A model generated the notes under the pieces. The model saw nothing but the letters and a program-made list of their open reading frames with translations, made no database searches and had not been told where the DNA came from. From Thermodesulfobium acidiphilum (GTDB lineage: Bacteria; Thermodesulfobiota; Thermodesulfobiia; Thermodesulfobiales; Thermodesulfobiaceae), in NCBI RefSeq assembly GCF_003057965.1, contig NZ_CP020921.1:794916-858915 (forward strand): a stretch of 64,000 nt of DNA, given 5' to 3'. Below, in pieces: positions 30,842 through 40,481 of this stretch (positions are counted from its first letter, which is position 1; every line of letters begins with the position of its first letter). The translations under genes and the position numbers were made by a program.

Positions 30842-31679
30842 TAAAACCTAATTTATTAATTAATAGCCACTTGTACCTTTTAAAAAACTCAACATCAAAG
30901 TTTTCTTTCATCTTTAATATTATAGAATTAATAAGCTGAGTTTTTAATCTATTTATAGTTTCTTGACTGGCATATTTAAATATATTTGCTTTTTCTCCGC
31001 TATCCTTATCTTTCTCATCGTCAAATATTTGAAAGAGCAAACCAATATTTTTTCCTATCTCTTCAAGATTTATTATTTGTTTGTCTTCTAATTGCCCAAT
31101 AACGCCGCCCATCATAAAGCTTGCTTCAAATAAAGCTCCTGTTTTTAGAGCCATTATATTATAAATTTGTTCAAAGTTTTCTATATTTGATATATCTAAA
31201 ATTTGTCCTCCAATCATACCTTTAACTCCAGCTTTGTCAGATAAGATCCTAATTAGTTTGATTGCTAAATCACTATTTTCTATATTTGAAAGTATATTAA
31301 ATGGCATTATTTGGAGTGCATCTCCTGTTAATAAAGCAAGGCCTTCTCCGTATTTCTTATGTAATGTTAATTTGCCTCGTCTGAAGTCATCATTATCTAT
31401 AGCTGGAAGGTCATCATGTATAAGAGAAGCACAATGCATCAACTCTATGGCTAAAATACTTTCTTTAAGACCGAGCACATTATCGTAATTTAATTTTGGT
31501 ATAACGTTGATCAGAAAAATAGGCCTTATTCTTTTACCGCCACTCAGGATGCTATATTTTATTAATTCTTTAGTTTTATCGGGAATTTCTTCTAACTTTG
31601 CTAAAAAATTGCTTATAACATTGTCAATAAAATCGATCTGTTTTTGAAAGATTTTTTCTATCTTTTCGTTGTAATACAG
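30822..31679 (-). CDS. ispA: Polyprenyl (farnesyl/geranyl) diphosphate synthase; probable CTG start
   Basis: SLIHDDLP…RRG, KTGALF, FQIFDD. The conserved YS…GGKRIRP motif is in frame upstream of the listed 31478 start. CTG at 31679 follows GGAGGGAG. Confidence 0.9.
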   Translation of the reverse strand: MYYNEKIEKIFQKQIDFIDNVISNFLAKLEEIPDKTKELIKYSILSGGKRIRPIFLINVIPKLNYDNVLGLKESILAIELMHCASLIHDDLPAIDNDDFRRGKLTLHKKYGEGLALLTGDALQIMPFNILSNIENSDLAIKLIRILSDKAGVKGMIGGQILDISNIENFEQIYNIMALKTGALFEASFMMGGVIGQLEDKQIINLEEIGKNIGLLFQIFDDEKDKDSGEKANIFKYASQETINRLKTQLINSIILKMKENFDVEFFKRYKWLLINKLGFNGELFE

Positions 31680-34600
31680 CTTATTTCTCCCTCCATATTT
31701 TTTGAAATACCAATCAAATTGTCAGCTGCTTCCATTGTAATTCGTTGATGAGTAACTACGATTAACTGTTTTTTTTCTTTTAAAATATTTAACAAGTTTA
31801 CAAACCTTGCAAGGTTTGCTTCATCTAATGATGCATCTACTTCATCAAAATAACAAAAAGGTGTTTGATTATTTTCCATCAGAGACACATAAAGTAAAAT
31901 TGAAATCATTGCTCTTTCTCCACCGGACAACATGTTCATGTTTAAAAACTTTCTTCCGGGTATTTTTATCTCCAAAAATATGCCATTTGTTATGGGATTT
32001 TTGGTAGATACTAATGAGGCATTTCCATTGAAGATCTCTTTAAAGTAAGATCCCAATTTTTCATTTATTTTTTGCACTGAATTGATAAGTTCATTATTTA
32101 CATGGCTATCCAATGATTTTATAGTTAAATTTGATTCTTTAAGAATTTCTTTAATACTTTTTATTTTTGTTTCCTGTTCAGCAATTTCTTCTTTTAGCTG
32201 TTCATAATTTTCTTTAACTTTAAAATTTATTGGTCCTAATTCATCTCTTTGTTTTAAAAGTGTGCTAAAGGTACTTTGGAGCTCTTCTGTTGAGTAATCT
32301 TTATAGTTTTTATTTTTAAACATTTCTATATTTGTATTGTTAATATTTTTTAAAAATTCATTATTATTTATTAACTCTTCTATTTTCACATTTAATGATT
32401 GCATTTTATTATCAATTTCAAAAACCTTTTTTAAAAGTTCAGATTCCTTTTGTGCTAACCTACTAGATTCTACTACAAAATTCGTTTCCTGATATCTGAT
32501 TTGTTGTTCTCTTAAGAGTTTGATCTCTTTTTCAAAAAATATTTTACGGTTTAAAGATTCTTCTTTAGATTTTTTCTTCTTTTGAAATTCATCTTTTAAA
32601 GTGTATATTTCTTTATTTATTTCTTTTACTTTATTTTCTAAGTCCTCTAGTTCTGCATTAAGTGTAGTAATCTTCTTTTCATTAGTTGAGATTCTTTCAT
32701 TTATTTTACTAAGTTCAAAAACTATTTGGAAATTTTCTCTTAAATCGTATAAATCTTTATCTAATTGAGAAAAGGATGTTTTAGTACTATTTAAGTTAGA
32801 TATCGTAATTTCTAATGACTTGATTTCTTTTTCTAATCTTTCTTTTTCTCGTAAGATAATATTTATTTGAGCATTAAGTGAATTTTGTTCAAGAACTAAC
32901 TTTTGGATATTTTCCTTTAATTTTTGAAGTTTTAAGTTTAATCCTTCTGTTGAAATTTTTAATTCTTTATATTCAATTAAGTTTGCTGGTTTTTTAATAT
33001 TTTTTTCTAAAAGTTGTATTTGACCATTTGTTGAAAAAATTTCTCCATCCAAAGTTACTAGTCTAAACTTCCAAAACGATTCGTTATTTCTTAAATTTAT
33101 TGCCTCTTCAAAAGAATTTAATAAGAGAGTATTACCAATAAGATTATAAAAGAGTTTTGTTAATTTACTATCAAAATTAATTAGTTCAATTAGTCGTTTT
33201 GAATTATATTTTTTTAAGATTTCTTCTTGAATAGTATGATGGAAAACATTTGGTACAAGATCTAGAACGAAAACGTTTAAATTTTTATTTATTTTCATTG
33301 CAGCGTTCTTCAGATTGTTCAATTCGCTTTTGCTTTGCAAAACTAAAGATCTTTTAAAACCGCCTAGCGCTACACTTACTGCAATATTATATCTTTCTTC
33401 TGTATTATATAAATCTTCGAGAAAACCTAAAATGCCACTTACTTTAGTTGTTAAATAATTAATAAGTTCAGCTTTTTCGTTTAATCTTTTTTCTTCAAAT
33501 ATTTGATCTTTTTCTAATGTTTTACTTATATTTTTTAGTTTCATAACATTACTATTAAATTGTTCTTCTAAAATTGAAAGTTCCCTTTGTTTTTCGCATA
33601 ATTTAGTTGATATCTCTTTTAACGCAGTGTTATTAAGGCTTAGTTCATTAGTGAAGTGATTGAGAGTTATTTTTTTAGACTCAAGTTCTTTCAATAATGA
33701 GTTATTTTTTTCAATTTCAGAAATATTTTTTTCGAAAATATTAAGTAGTTGTAAAATTTCATTAGGTTCTTTTTCTTTAAGCATATCTGGTAAAAGGTCT
33801 TTTAAATTTTTTAATTTTTGAACGTTTTCTGAATTAATTAAGTTTATTGTTTTTATTTTATCTTTTTTTGAATTGATATTTTTAATGGTTAAATCGAGTT
33901 TTGATTCAAGCAGTTTAATCTGACCATCTAATCTTTCCAGAGAAATTTCGTTTTCATGTATTTCTTCGTTAATTCTTTCTAAAATAGAATTTTTTGCATT
34001 CATTTCACTTTCAATATTTTTATTTAGTTCTTTAAATTTTAAATACTTATCTTCAACTTCTTTTTTATAACTTAATAATTTTGCATACTCTCTCTTAATA
34101 TCTATTTGTTCTTTTTCAGTATTTAACCTTTTCTTTATTAATTCATCGTATTCTCTAAGTACTAACTCTTTTCTTAATAAATCGATTTTGTTAGAAATTT
34201 CAATGTAAATGTTGTATATCTTTAAATCTTTGTAAAGAATTTCTAGTTTTGATTTGTTTTTTTTCAATTCTGTATTGAATGTTTCAATTTGTTCTTCCTT
34301 TTCTAAAATTTTTGATTCTAATTCAGCTTTTTCTGCTTTATAGTTTCCATATCCTAAAGATTCTAAAAATATCTGACAAAGTTGATCAGAATTTAAGTTT
34401 AAAATTTTGTCAACTGTACCTTGATCTATAATTAGAAAAAGAGTTGAACCAAGACCAAATGGTCTAAGTATTTCTGTCATTTGTTTTTTTTGGACTTCTA
34501 CATTGTTTATATAGTAGCTATTAATTCCGCCTCTTGACATGTATCTTTTTATGTTTAGCTCAGTATTGTTTTTTTCTAATTCATTTAAAAAGTTTATTTC

Positions 34601-34837
34601 AACTTCACAATAATTTACAGGTTTAAAATTTTTGTATCCTGAAAACAACAGCTCAATCGATGAATCTGCTCTGATTGAAGAGATTCTACCACCAAGTACC
34701 CATTTTATGCTTTCTCCAATATTGCTTTTACCAGAACCATTTGGGCCTATTATTACATTTAATTTTTTGTCAAATTCAAATATAAATTCTTTATAAAAGC
34801 TTTTAAAACCGAATATTCTTAAATTTTGAAGATAAAT
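31658..34837 (-). CDS. smc: Chromosome segregation protein SMC (1059 aa); probable ATT start
   Basis: In-frame extension gives (M)YLQNLRIFGFKSF…GPNGSGKSN. Q-loop IDQG, hinge VTLDG, LSGGE, DEVDASLD. GGAGG lies 6 nt before ATT. Confidence 0.93.
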   Translation of the reverse strand: MYLQNLRIFGFKSFYKEFIFEFDKKLNVIIGPNGSGKSNIGESIKWVLGGRISSIRADSSIELLFSGYKNFKPVNYCEVEINFLNELEKNNTELNIKRYMSRGGINSYYINNVEVQKKQMTEILRPFGLGSTLFLIIDQGTVDKILNLNSDQLCQIFLESLGYGNYKAEKAELESKILEKEEQIETFNTELKKNKSKLEILYKDLKIYNIYIEISNKIDLLRKELVLREYDELIKKRLNTEKEQIDIKREYAKLLSYKKEVEDKYLKFKELNKNIESEMNAKNSILERINEEIHENEISLERLDGQIKLLESKLDLTIKNINSKKDKIKTINLINSENVQKLKNLKDLLPDMLKEKEPNEILQLLNIFEKNISEIEKNNSLLKELESKKITLNHFTNELSLNNTALKEISTKLCEKQRELSILEEQFNSNVMKLKNISKTLEKDQIFEEKRLNEKAELINYLTTKVSGILGFLEDLYNTEERYNIAVSVALGGFKRSLVLQSKSELNNLKNAAMKINKNLNVFVLDLVPNVFHHTIQEEILKKYNSKRLIELINFDSKLTKLFYNLIGNTLLLNSFEEAINLRNNESFWKFRLVTLDGEIFSTNGQIQLLEKNIKKPANLIEYKELKISTEGLNLKLQKLKENIQKLVLEQNSLNAQINIILREKERLEKEIKSLEITISNLNSTKTSFSQLDKDLYDLRENFQIVFELSKINERISTNEKKITTLNAELEDLENKVKEINKEIYTLKDEFQKKKKSKEESLNRKIFFEKEIKLLREQQIRYQETNFVVESSRLAQKESELLKKVFEIDNKMQSLNVKIEELINNNEFLKNINNTNIEMFKNKNYKDYSTEELQSTFSTLLKQRDELGPINFKVKENYEQLKEEIAEQETKIKSIKEILKESNLTIKSLDSHVNNELINSVQKINEKLGSYFKEIFNGNASLVSTKNPITNGIFLEIKIPGRKFLNMNMLSGGERAMISILLYVSLMENNQTPFCYFDEVDASLDEANLARFVNLLNILKEKKQLIVVTHQRITMEAADNLIGISKNMEGEISCITTKR

Positions 34838-34906
34838 TTTTTTCCTCCAAAATTATATGTTTTGATATAATGAAATATAATGATAACATATAAATGAGGT
34901 ATATAT

Positions 34907-35089
34907 TTGAACGTAAAAATCAATTTTAAATCTTATATATGTGTTGGTTGTGATTCATGTGTTTTAATGTGCCCTGTTAGCGCAATAAGCCTAGTAAATT
35001 TTAAAGTTTTTTTTGATTATAGTAAATGTATAAAATGCAAATTTTGTGAATTTGTTTGCCCTATGGGCGCCATAGAAATTGAAGATTAA
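34907..35089 (+). CDS. 2[4Fe-4S] ferredoxin
   Basis: Two CxxCxxCxxxCP motifs; GAGG RBS; TGATATAAT extended -10 at ~34863. Confidence 0.9.
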   Translation: MNVKINFKSYICVGCDSCVLMCPVSAISLVNFKVFFDYSKCIKCKFCEFVCPMGAIEIED

Positions 35090-35114
35090 AGCTTAAAGGC
35101 TTAAGGAGGAAAAT

Positions 35115-35327
35115 TTGGCAAAGGGGATAGCTGTAGTTTTTTCAATAGATCCAGATTTGTGTGAAGCGTGTGGCGCTTGTGTTCTTATTTGTCCAACGGG
35201 AGCTATTTTTATAAGCGAAAAGGACATTGAATTTTCAGTAATTGATCCGGATAAGTGCCAAGGTTGTGGAGTTTGTGCGATTGTATGCCCAAATGGAGCT
35301 GTTAAAGAAAAGTTAAATGAACCTTAA
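35115..35327 (+). CDS. 2[4Fe-4S] ferredoxin
   Basis: Two CxxCxxCxxxCP motifs; AAGGAGG RBS. Confidence 0.92.
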   Translation: MAKGIAVVFSIDPDLCEACGACVLICPTGAIFISEKDIEFSVIDPDKCQGCGVCAIVCPNGAVKEKLNEP

Positions 35328-35532
35328 CTTTATTTTTTAGGGTTTAACAATCGTTTCAGTTCCTTTTATAAAATATGTTGGATACTTGATTATTTTTCTA
35401 TTATTTTTTATTATTAGAGAGTTTACTTATATCCAAAATAAAGTTAAAGAGGCTAAATTTTATGTTAAAATATTTCCTTATGATTAAGAGTGATAGATTA
35501 TTTTTCGAAATATAAAGGAGGATAGCTAATAA

Positions 35533-36408
35533 TTGTTCCTATTCGATAAAGTTAAAGAAGCACTAACCAAAACAAGAAGAGTTTTTAGCTCTGTTGTAGG
35601 GATGGAAAGTATAGATTGGGATGAAATACTTGAAAAATTTTTGCTTGTTGATGTTGGTGCTGATGTTGCTCAAGAGATTGTTAGAGATGCTAAAAAAAGG
35701 TGGTTAAATGCTGCTCCTATTGAAATTGCACTTAAAGAAGCGATAGAGGATTTTTTACCGGAAGGAAAACCACAACTTTTTTTTACTGATTCGCATCCTT
35801 GTGTTTGGCTTCTAATAGGTGTTAATGGGAGTGGAAAAACTACTACATGTGCCAAACTTGCAAAATACTCTATAGATGAATTCAAAGCTAATCCTTTACT
35901 TGTTGCTGCTGATACTTTTAGAGCTGCTGCAATAGATCAGTTGAAAATTTGGGGAGAAAAGCTAAATATTGACGTTATTTCTCAAAAAGAAAATTCTGAT
36001 CCTGCAGCTGTGGTTTTTGATGGTTTAAAAGCTGGTAAAAGCAGGAGAAAAAATCCTATTATTATAGATACTGCAGGCAGACTTCACACAAAAGATAACT
36101 TAATGGAAGAGCTCAAAAAGATAGAACGAGTAATAAATAAAGAGATAGAAGGTGAACCATCTGAAGTTTTACTGGTGTTAGATGCCTCTACAGGATATAA
36201 TGCTGTAAAGCAGGCTGAAGTTTTTAGTAAATCTTTAAATGTAACGGGTATAATTCTTACAAAATTAGATAGTTCTGCAAAAGGTGGTTATGTGTTAAAT
36301 ATTACAAAAAAGTTTAATATTCCAGTTAAATTTATTGGCCTAGGAGAAGGTATAGAAGATCTTGTGCCTTTCGACAAAGCTCAATATGCAGAGGGGTTGA
36401 TCCCATAA
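35533..36408 (+). CDS. ftsY: SRP receptor FtsY
   Basis: GVNGSGKTTT, DTFRAAA, DTAGR, TKLDSSAKGG. Confidence 0.97.
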   Translation: MFLFDKVKEALTKTRRVFSSVVGMESIDWDEILEKFLLVDVGADVAQEIVRDAKKRWLNAAPIEIALKEAIEDFLPEGKPQLFFTDSHPCVWLLIGVNGSGKTTTCAKLAKYSIDEFKANPLLVAADTFRAAAIDQLKIWGEKLNIDVISQKENSDPAAVVFDGLKAGKSRRKNPIIIDTAGRLHTKDNLMEELKKIERVINKEIEGEPSEVLLVLDASTGYNAVKQAEVFSKSLNVTGIILTKLDSSAKGGYVLNITKKFNIPVKFIGLGEGIEDLVPFDKAQYAEGLIP

Positions 36409-36409
36409 A

Positions 36410-37723
36410 ATGCTTTCTGATTTTAGTGAAAAGATTCAAAGTCTTTTCAAAAAATTTAGAGGTTATGGTAAACTAACAGAGAAAGAGATTAATGAAATTT
36501 GCAGAGATATAAGGCTTTTATTCCTTGAGTCTGATATTGCATTATCAGCTACTAAAAAAATTGTAGAAGAGATTAAAAATCGCTTAAGTACTTTAGAATT
36601 TACTACTGAAACGTCTCCTGGCACTTTAGTTTCTAATATAGTCAGAGAAGAATTAATCAACCTTCTTGGAAAACCAGGTGGTATTGATTTTTCGGAAAAA
36701 CCTACTTTAGTAATGATGGTAGGTATTCAAGGAAGCGGAAAAACAACAACTTCTGCAAAGATTGCTAATTATTTTGCCACAAAAGAAAATAAAAAACCCT
36801 TGCTCGTTGGTGCTGATGTGAGAAGACCTGCTGCACAGCTACAATTAGAAAAATTATCTCAACAGATAAAGGTTCCCTTTTTTACAGATAAAGATCCATT
36901 TTTAGCTTGCGAAGGAGCTTTAAATCTGGCAAGATCTAAAGGATATGATTTGATAATAGTTGATACTGCTGGTCGTACACATGTTGATGAAGAACTTCTT
37001 GATGAGCTCAAGGCTTTAAACGAGAGATTTCATCCAAAAAATAATATCTTAGTTATTGATTCTATGATGGGACAAGAAGCAACAAAAGTTGCAAAAGCTT
37101 TTTTTGAGACTATTCCTTTGACGGGTGCAATATTAACAAAGTTTGATGGTGATGCAAGAGGTGGAGCAGCTTTTTCTTTAAGAGAAGTTACTGGTGTACC
37201 ACTAATTTTTTTAGGTGTAGGAGAGAAAATACAAAACCTTGAAAAGTTCGATCCTGTAAGGGTAGTGAACAGGATTGTAGGTATGGGCGATATTGAGGGC
37301 TTAATTGAAAAAGTGTCAGACATTAAAATTGATACTAGTAAAAAACCTCCAGAAGAAATAGAAAAGTGGAATTTTGATACCTTTTTAGAAAGTATGCGTC
37401 AGATTAGAAAAATGGGACCTCTGGAAGAGCTCTTGTCAATGATACCTGGTTTTTCGAGTATTAAACAAATGAAAGATATGATACCAGATGAGAAACAAAT
37501 GAAACGGATTGAGGCAGTAATGTTATCTATGACTCCAAAAGAAAGAAAGAAACCTGAAATAATAGATGCAAGCAGAAAAAGAAGAATTGCAAAAGGTTCG
37601 GGAACTTCAATTCAAGAAGTTAATCAACTTTTGAAGCAATACGAGATGTTTAAAAAGATGTTTAAATCAAAAAATTTAAAGAAGGGCATAAAATTACCAA
37701 ATTTTCCAATAGGAAGGATTTAA
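36410..37723 (+). CDS. ffh: Signal recognition particle protein
   Basis: GIQGSGKTT, DTAGR, DARGGAA, M-domain SRKRRIAKGSG. Confidence 0.97.
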   Translation: MLSDFSEKIQSLFKKFRGYGKLTEKEINEICRDIRLLFLESDIALSATKKIVEEIKNRLSTLEFTTETSPGTLVSNIVREELINLLGKPGGIDFSEKPTLVMMVGIQGSGKTTTSAKIANYFATKENKKPLLVGADVRRPAAQLQLEKLSQQIKVPFFTDKDPFLACEGALNLARSKGYDLIIVDTAGRTHVDEELLDELKALNERFHPKNNILVIDSMMGQEATKVAKAFFETIPLTGAILTKFDGDARGGAAFSLREVTGVPLIFLGVGEKIQNLEKFDPVRVVNRIVGMGDIEGLIEKVSDIKIDTSKKPPEEIEKWNFDTFLESMRQIRKMGPLEELLSMIPGFSSIKQMKDMIPDEKQMKRIEAVMLSMTPKERKKPEIIDASRKRRIAKGSGTSIQEVNQLLKQYEMFKKMFKSKNLKKGIKLPNFPIGRI

Positions 37724-37754
37724 ATTATAAAATTTAGTAGGAGGTTTATTATTA

Positions 37755-38000
37755 GTGGTTAGAATTCGTCTCCAGCGTGTAGGTTCAAAAAATAGGCCAT
37801 TGTATCGAATTGTGGTTGCTGAGAAAAGAGATCCGTTAAATGGCAAAACCCAAGATGTAATAGGATTTTACAATCCCTTACCAGAAAAAGCATTATTTAA
37901 AATTGATGTTGAAAAGTATAATAACTATATTTCGAAAGGTGCTAAACCTTCAGAAACAGTTGAAAAGTTGTTTGCAAAGTTTATTAATTCTAAGGGTTAA
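37755..38000 (+). CDS. rpsP: 30S ribosomal protein S16
   Basis: VRIRLQRVG…YRIVVA…GFYNP. Confidence 0.97.
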   Translation: MVRIRLQRVGSKNRPLYRIVVAEKRDPLNGKTQDVIGFYNPLPEKALFKIDVEKYNNYISKGAKPSETVEKLFAKFINSKG

Positions 38001-38002
38001 GG

Positions 38003-38248
38003 TTGACTGATTTTTTAAAGATTACAATAAAAAATTTGGTAGAGCATCCTGCAGAGGTATTAATAAATGAATCTGTAGAGGAAAATAACGTTTTTTATGA
38101 AGTTTATCTTAAATCAGAAGACATAGGAAGAGTAATTGGCAAACACGGTCAAATAATAGATTCAATAAGACAAATATTAAAAGCAGTAGGAAAGAAGAAG
38201 GGTATTAATTATTTTGTAGAAATCAAAGAACTTTTAGTTAAAAATTGA
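38003..38248 (+). CDS. khpA: KH-domain RNA-binding protein KhpA/YlqC
   Basis: LVEHP…DIGRVIGKHG; follows rpsP. Confidence 0.9.
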   Translation: MTDFLKITIKNLVEHPAEVLINESVEENNVFYEVYLKSEDIGRVIGKHGQIIDSIRQILKAVGKKKGINYFVEIKELLVKN

Positions 38249-38257
38249 GGGTTATGA

Positions 38258-39019
38258 ATGAATTCTTATTATGTTTTAACGCTATTTCCTGAGATATTTA
38301 ATACCTATTTTAGTATTGGTCTTGCAAAAAAAGGTTTAGAGAAGGGTCTATTTAGTATAAATATTATTAATCTTAGAGATTTTACAAAAGATAAGTTTAA
38401 AAAAGTCGATGATTACCCGTTTGGAGGATCTTCAGGCCTGGTTTTACAAGTTCAACCTATTGTAGATGCTATTAATTACGTTGAAAGTATGTGTCCTGAT
38501 GTGATCTTTTTTTATCCTTCTCCAAGAGGCGAAGTTTTAAAACAAAAAATGCTTTTTGAAATTTCCAAAAAGTTTGATAAAATATGTTTTTTGTGTGGTC
38601 ATTATAAAGGAGTAGATGAAAGAATATTCAAGTTAAAAGAGATAAAAGAAATTTCTGTTGGTGATTATGTTTTGAATTCTGGTGAAATAGCTACAATGGT
38701 TTTGTTGGATGGTTTATTGAGATTAATACCAGGATTTATAGGGAATGAAAAGTGTATAATGGAAGATTCGATTTCAAGTTACCTTTTAGAATCTCCAAAT
38801 TATACAAGGCCAAGAGAAATTTTTGGCAAGGCAGTTCCAAATGTTTTGTTAAGTGGACATCACAAGAATATTAAATTTTGGCAAATGAAAGAATCTTTCA
38901 AAAAGACTATAAAGTCTAAACCTTATTTAATTTTAGGAAAAAGCTTTGACAAGAGTGAAAAAGCAGCTTTTGCACAAGCGAAAGAAGAAATTTTAAAAGA
39001 ATTGTATTCAGGAGGCTAG
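38258..39019 (+). CDS. trmD: tRNA (guanine-N1)-methyltransferase
   Basis: [42 protein letters not shown]. Confidence 0.96.
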   Translation: MNSYYVLTLFPEIFNTYFSIGLAKKGLEKGLFSINIINLRDFTKDKFKKVDDYPFGGSSGLVLQVQPIVDAINYVESMCPDVIFFYPSPRGEVLKQKMLFEISKKFDKICFLCGHYKGVDERIFKLKEIKEISVGDYVLNSGEIATMVLLDGLLRLIPGFIGNEKCIMEDSISSYLLESPNYTRPREIFGKAVPNVLLSGHHKNIKFWQMKESFKKTIKSKPYLILGKSFDKSEKAAFAQAKEEILKELYSGG

Positions 39020-39021
39020 AA

Positions 39022-39372
39022 ATGTCACAGGAACTTATTAAAAAAGTAGAGTCAAAATTTCTTAAAGAAACTGTGCCAACATTTAACGTTGGTGATACAG
39101 TGAAAGTTTATGTAAAGGTAAAAGAGGGTGAAAAGGAAAGAACTCAGGTATTTGAAGGAATAGTTATTGCAAAGAAGAATGGTGGATTACGAGAGAGTTT
39201 TGTTGTTAGAAAGATATCATATGGAGTAGGTGTAGAGAAGAGTTTTATGCTTCACTCACCTAACGTTGAAAAAATTGAAGTAATTCGAAAGGGTAAGGCT
39301 AAAAAGGCAAAACTTTATTATCTTAGAGATAAGATCGGAAAACTTGCATCTCATGTAAAAGAGAAATTTTAA
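39022..39372 (+). CDS. rplS: 50S ribosomal protein L19
   Basis: [24 protein letters not shown]. Confidence 0.98.
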   Translation: MSQELIKKVESKFLKETVPTFNVGDTVKVYVKVKEGEKERTQVFEGIVIAKKNGGLRESFVVRKISYGVGVEKSFMLHSPNVEKIEVIRKGKAKKAKLYYLRDKIGKLASHVKEKF

Positions 39373-39381
39373 GGTAGAAAA

Positions 39382-39897
39382 TTGAAAAAGAAACCGTTCT
39401 GGAGAGAAACTTTAGAATCTCTTGTAATTGCTCTTGTTTTAGCTTTTTTTGTTAGAACTTTTCTTTTCCAAATATTTTATATTCCTAGCGGTTCAATGGA
39501 GCCTACTTTGATGCCAGGAGATAGAGTTTTGGTTTCAAAAATAGATTATCATTTTGTACCTATTCAAAGATTTGATGTGATAGTTTTTAGATATCCAGTT
39601 GATCCATCAAAGGATTTTATAAAAAGAGTTATTGGTTTACCTGGCGATGTGGTTGAAGAGAAAGATGGTGTTTTTTATATAAATGGTAAAAAATTAGTTG
39701 AAAATCATCCTATGTATAAAGATAACTTTAATTATCCACCAACAAAAGTTCCTGAAAATTATTATTTTGTGCTAGGAGATAACAGAGGCAATTCTGATGA
39801 TTCAAGGTTTTGGGGTTTTGTCCCAAAACAGAATATTATTGGAAAGGCTTGGTTGATTATTTGGCCACCTGGAAGGATAGGTTTGATTCCTCAGTAA
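39382..39897 (+). CDS. lepB: Signal peptidase I
   Basis: IPSGSMEPTL, FIKRVIGLPGD, GDNRGNSDDSR. Confidence 0.96.
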   Translation: MKKKPFWRETLESLVIALVLAFFVRTFLFQIFYIPSGSMEPTLMPGDRVLVSKIDYHFVPIQRFDVIVFRYPVDPSKDFIKRVIGLPGDVVEEKDGVFYINGKKLVENHPMYKDNFNYPPTKVPENYYFVLGDNRGNSDDSRFWGFVPKQNIIGKAWLIIWPPGRIGLIPQ

Positions 39898-40481
39898 TAG
39901 ATTTTTTCCCATCCTTAGGTATAGATGAGGTGGGGCGGGGTGCTCTAGCTGGTCCATTGGTTGTAGGTGCTGTATACTTTGATAAAGATTATATGATTGA
40001 AGGGTTAAAGGATTCGAAGCTTCTTAAAGACCTGGAAAGAAGGAGGCTTTGTGATATTATCAAAAAGAAAGCACCTTATTGGTCTATTGGGTGGGCTTAT
40101 CACTGGGAAATTGACAAATTAAATATTTATAGCGCTCTTGTACTTGCATGCAAGAGAGCTATTTTAAATTTGAATTTTTTGCCAGATACAATTTTTTTTG
40201 ATGGTTCTTTAAAACTAAAAACTTTTCCACTGAAGCATATAGTCTTTCCTAAGGCTGATAGACTAGTTCCTTCTGTTGCTGCTGCATCTATTATTGCAAA
40301 GGTTGCTAGAGATGATTATATGATTAACATTTCAAAATTTTACCCCGATTATTTATTTGATATACATAAAGGCTATGGCACAAAATCTCATTTTGAAGTG
40401 CTTGAGAAAAAGGGTCTCTCAAAAATTCATAGAAAAACTTTTTGTAGATTTTTAGGCAGGCAGAGGCTTTGTTTTGAGTAA
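39810..40481 (+). CDS. rnhB: Ribonuclease HII (true start uncertain, probably TTG 39849 or 39861)
   Basis: GIDEVGRGALAGP, DSK, AASIIAKVARD, HKGYGT. Confidence 0.94.
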   Translation: MGFCPKTEYYWKGLVDYLATWKDRFDSSVIDFFPSLGIDEVGRGALAGPLVVGAVYFDKDYMIEGLKDSKLLKDLERRRLCDIIKKKAPYWSIGWAYHWEIDKLNIYSALVLACKRAILNLNFLPDTIFFDGSLKLKTFPLKHIVFPKADRLVPSVAAASIIAKVARDDYMINISKFYPDYLFDIHKGYGTKSHFEVLEKKGLSKIHRKTFCRFLGRQRLCFE

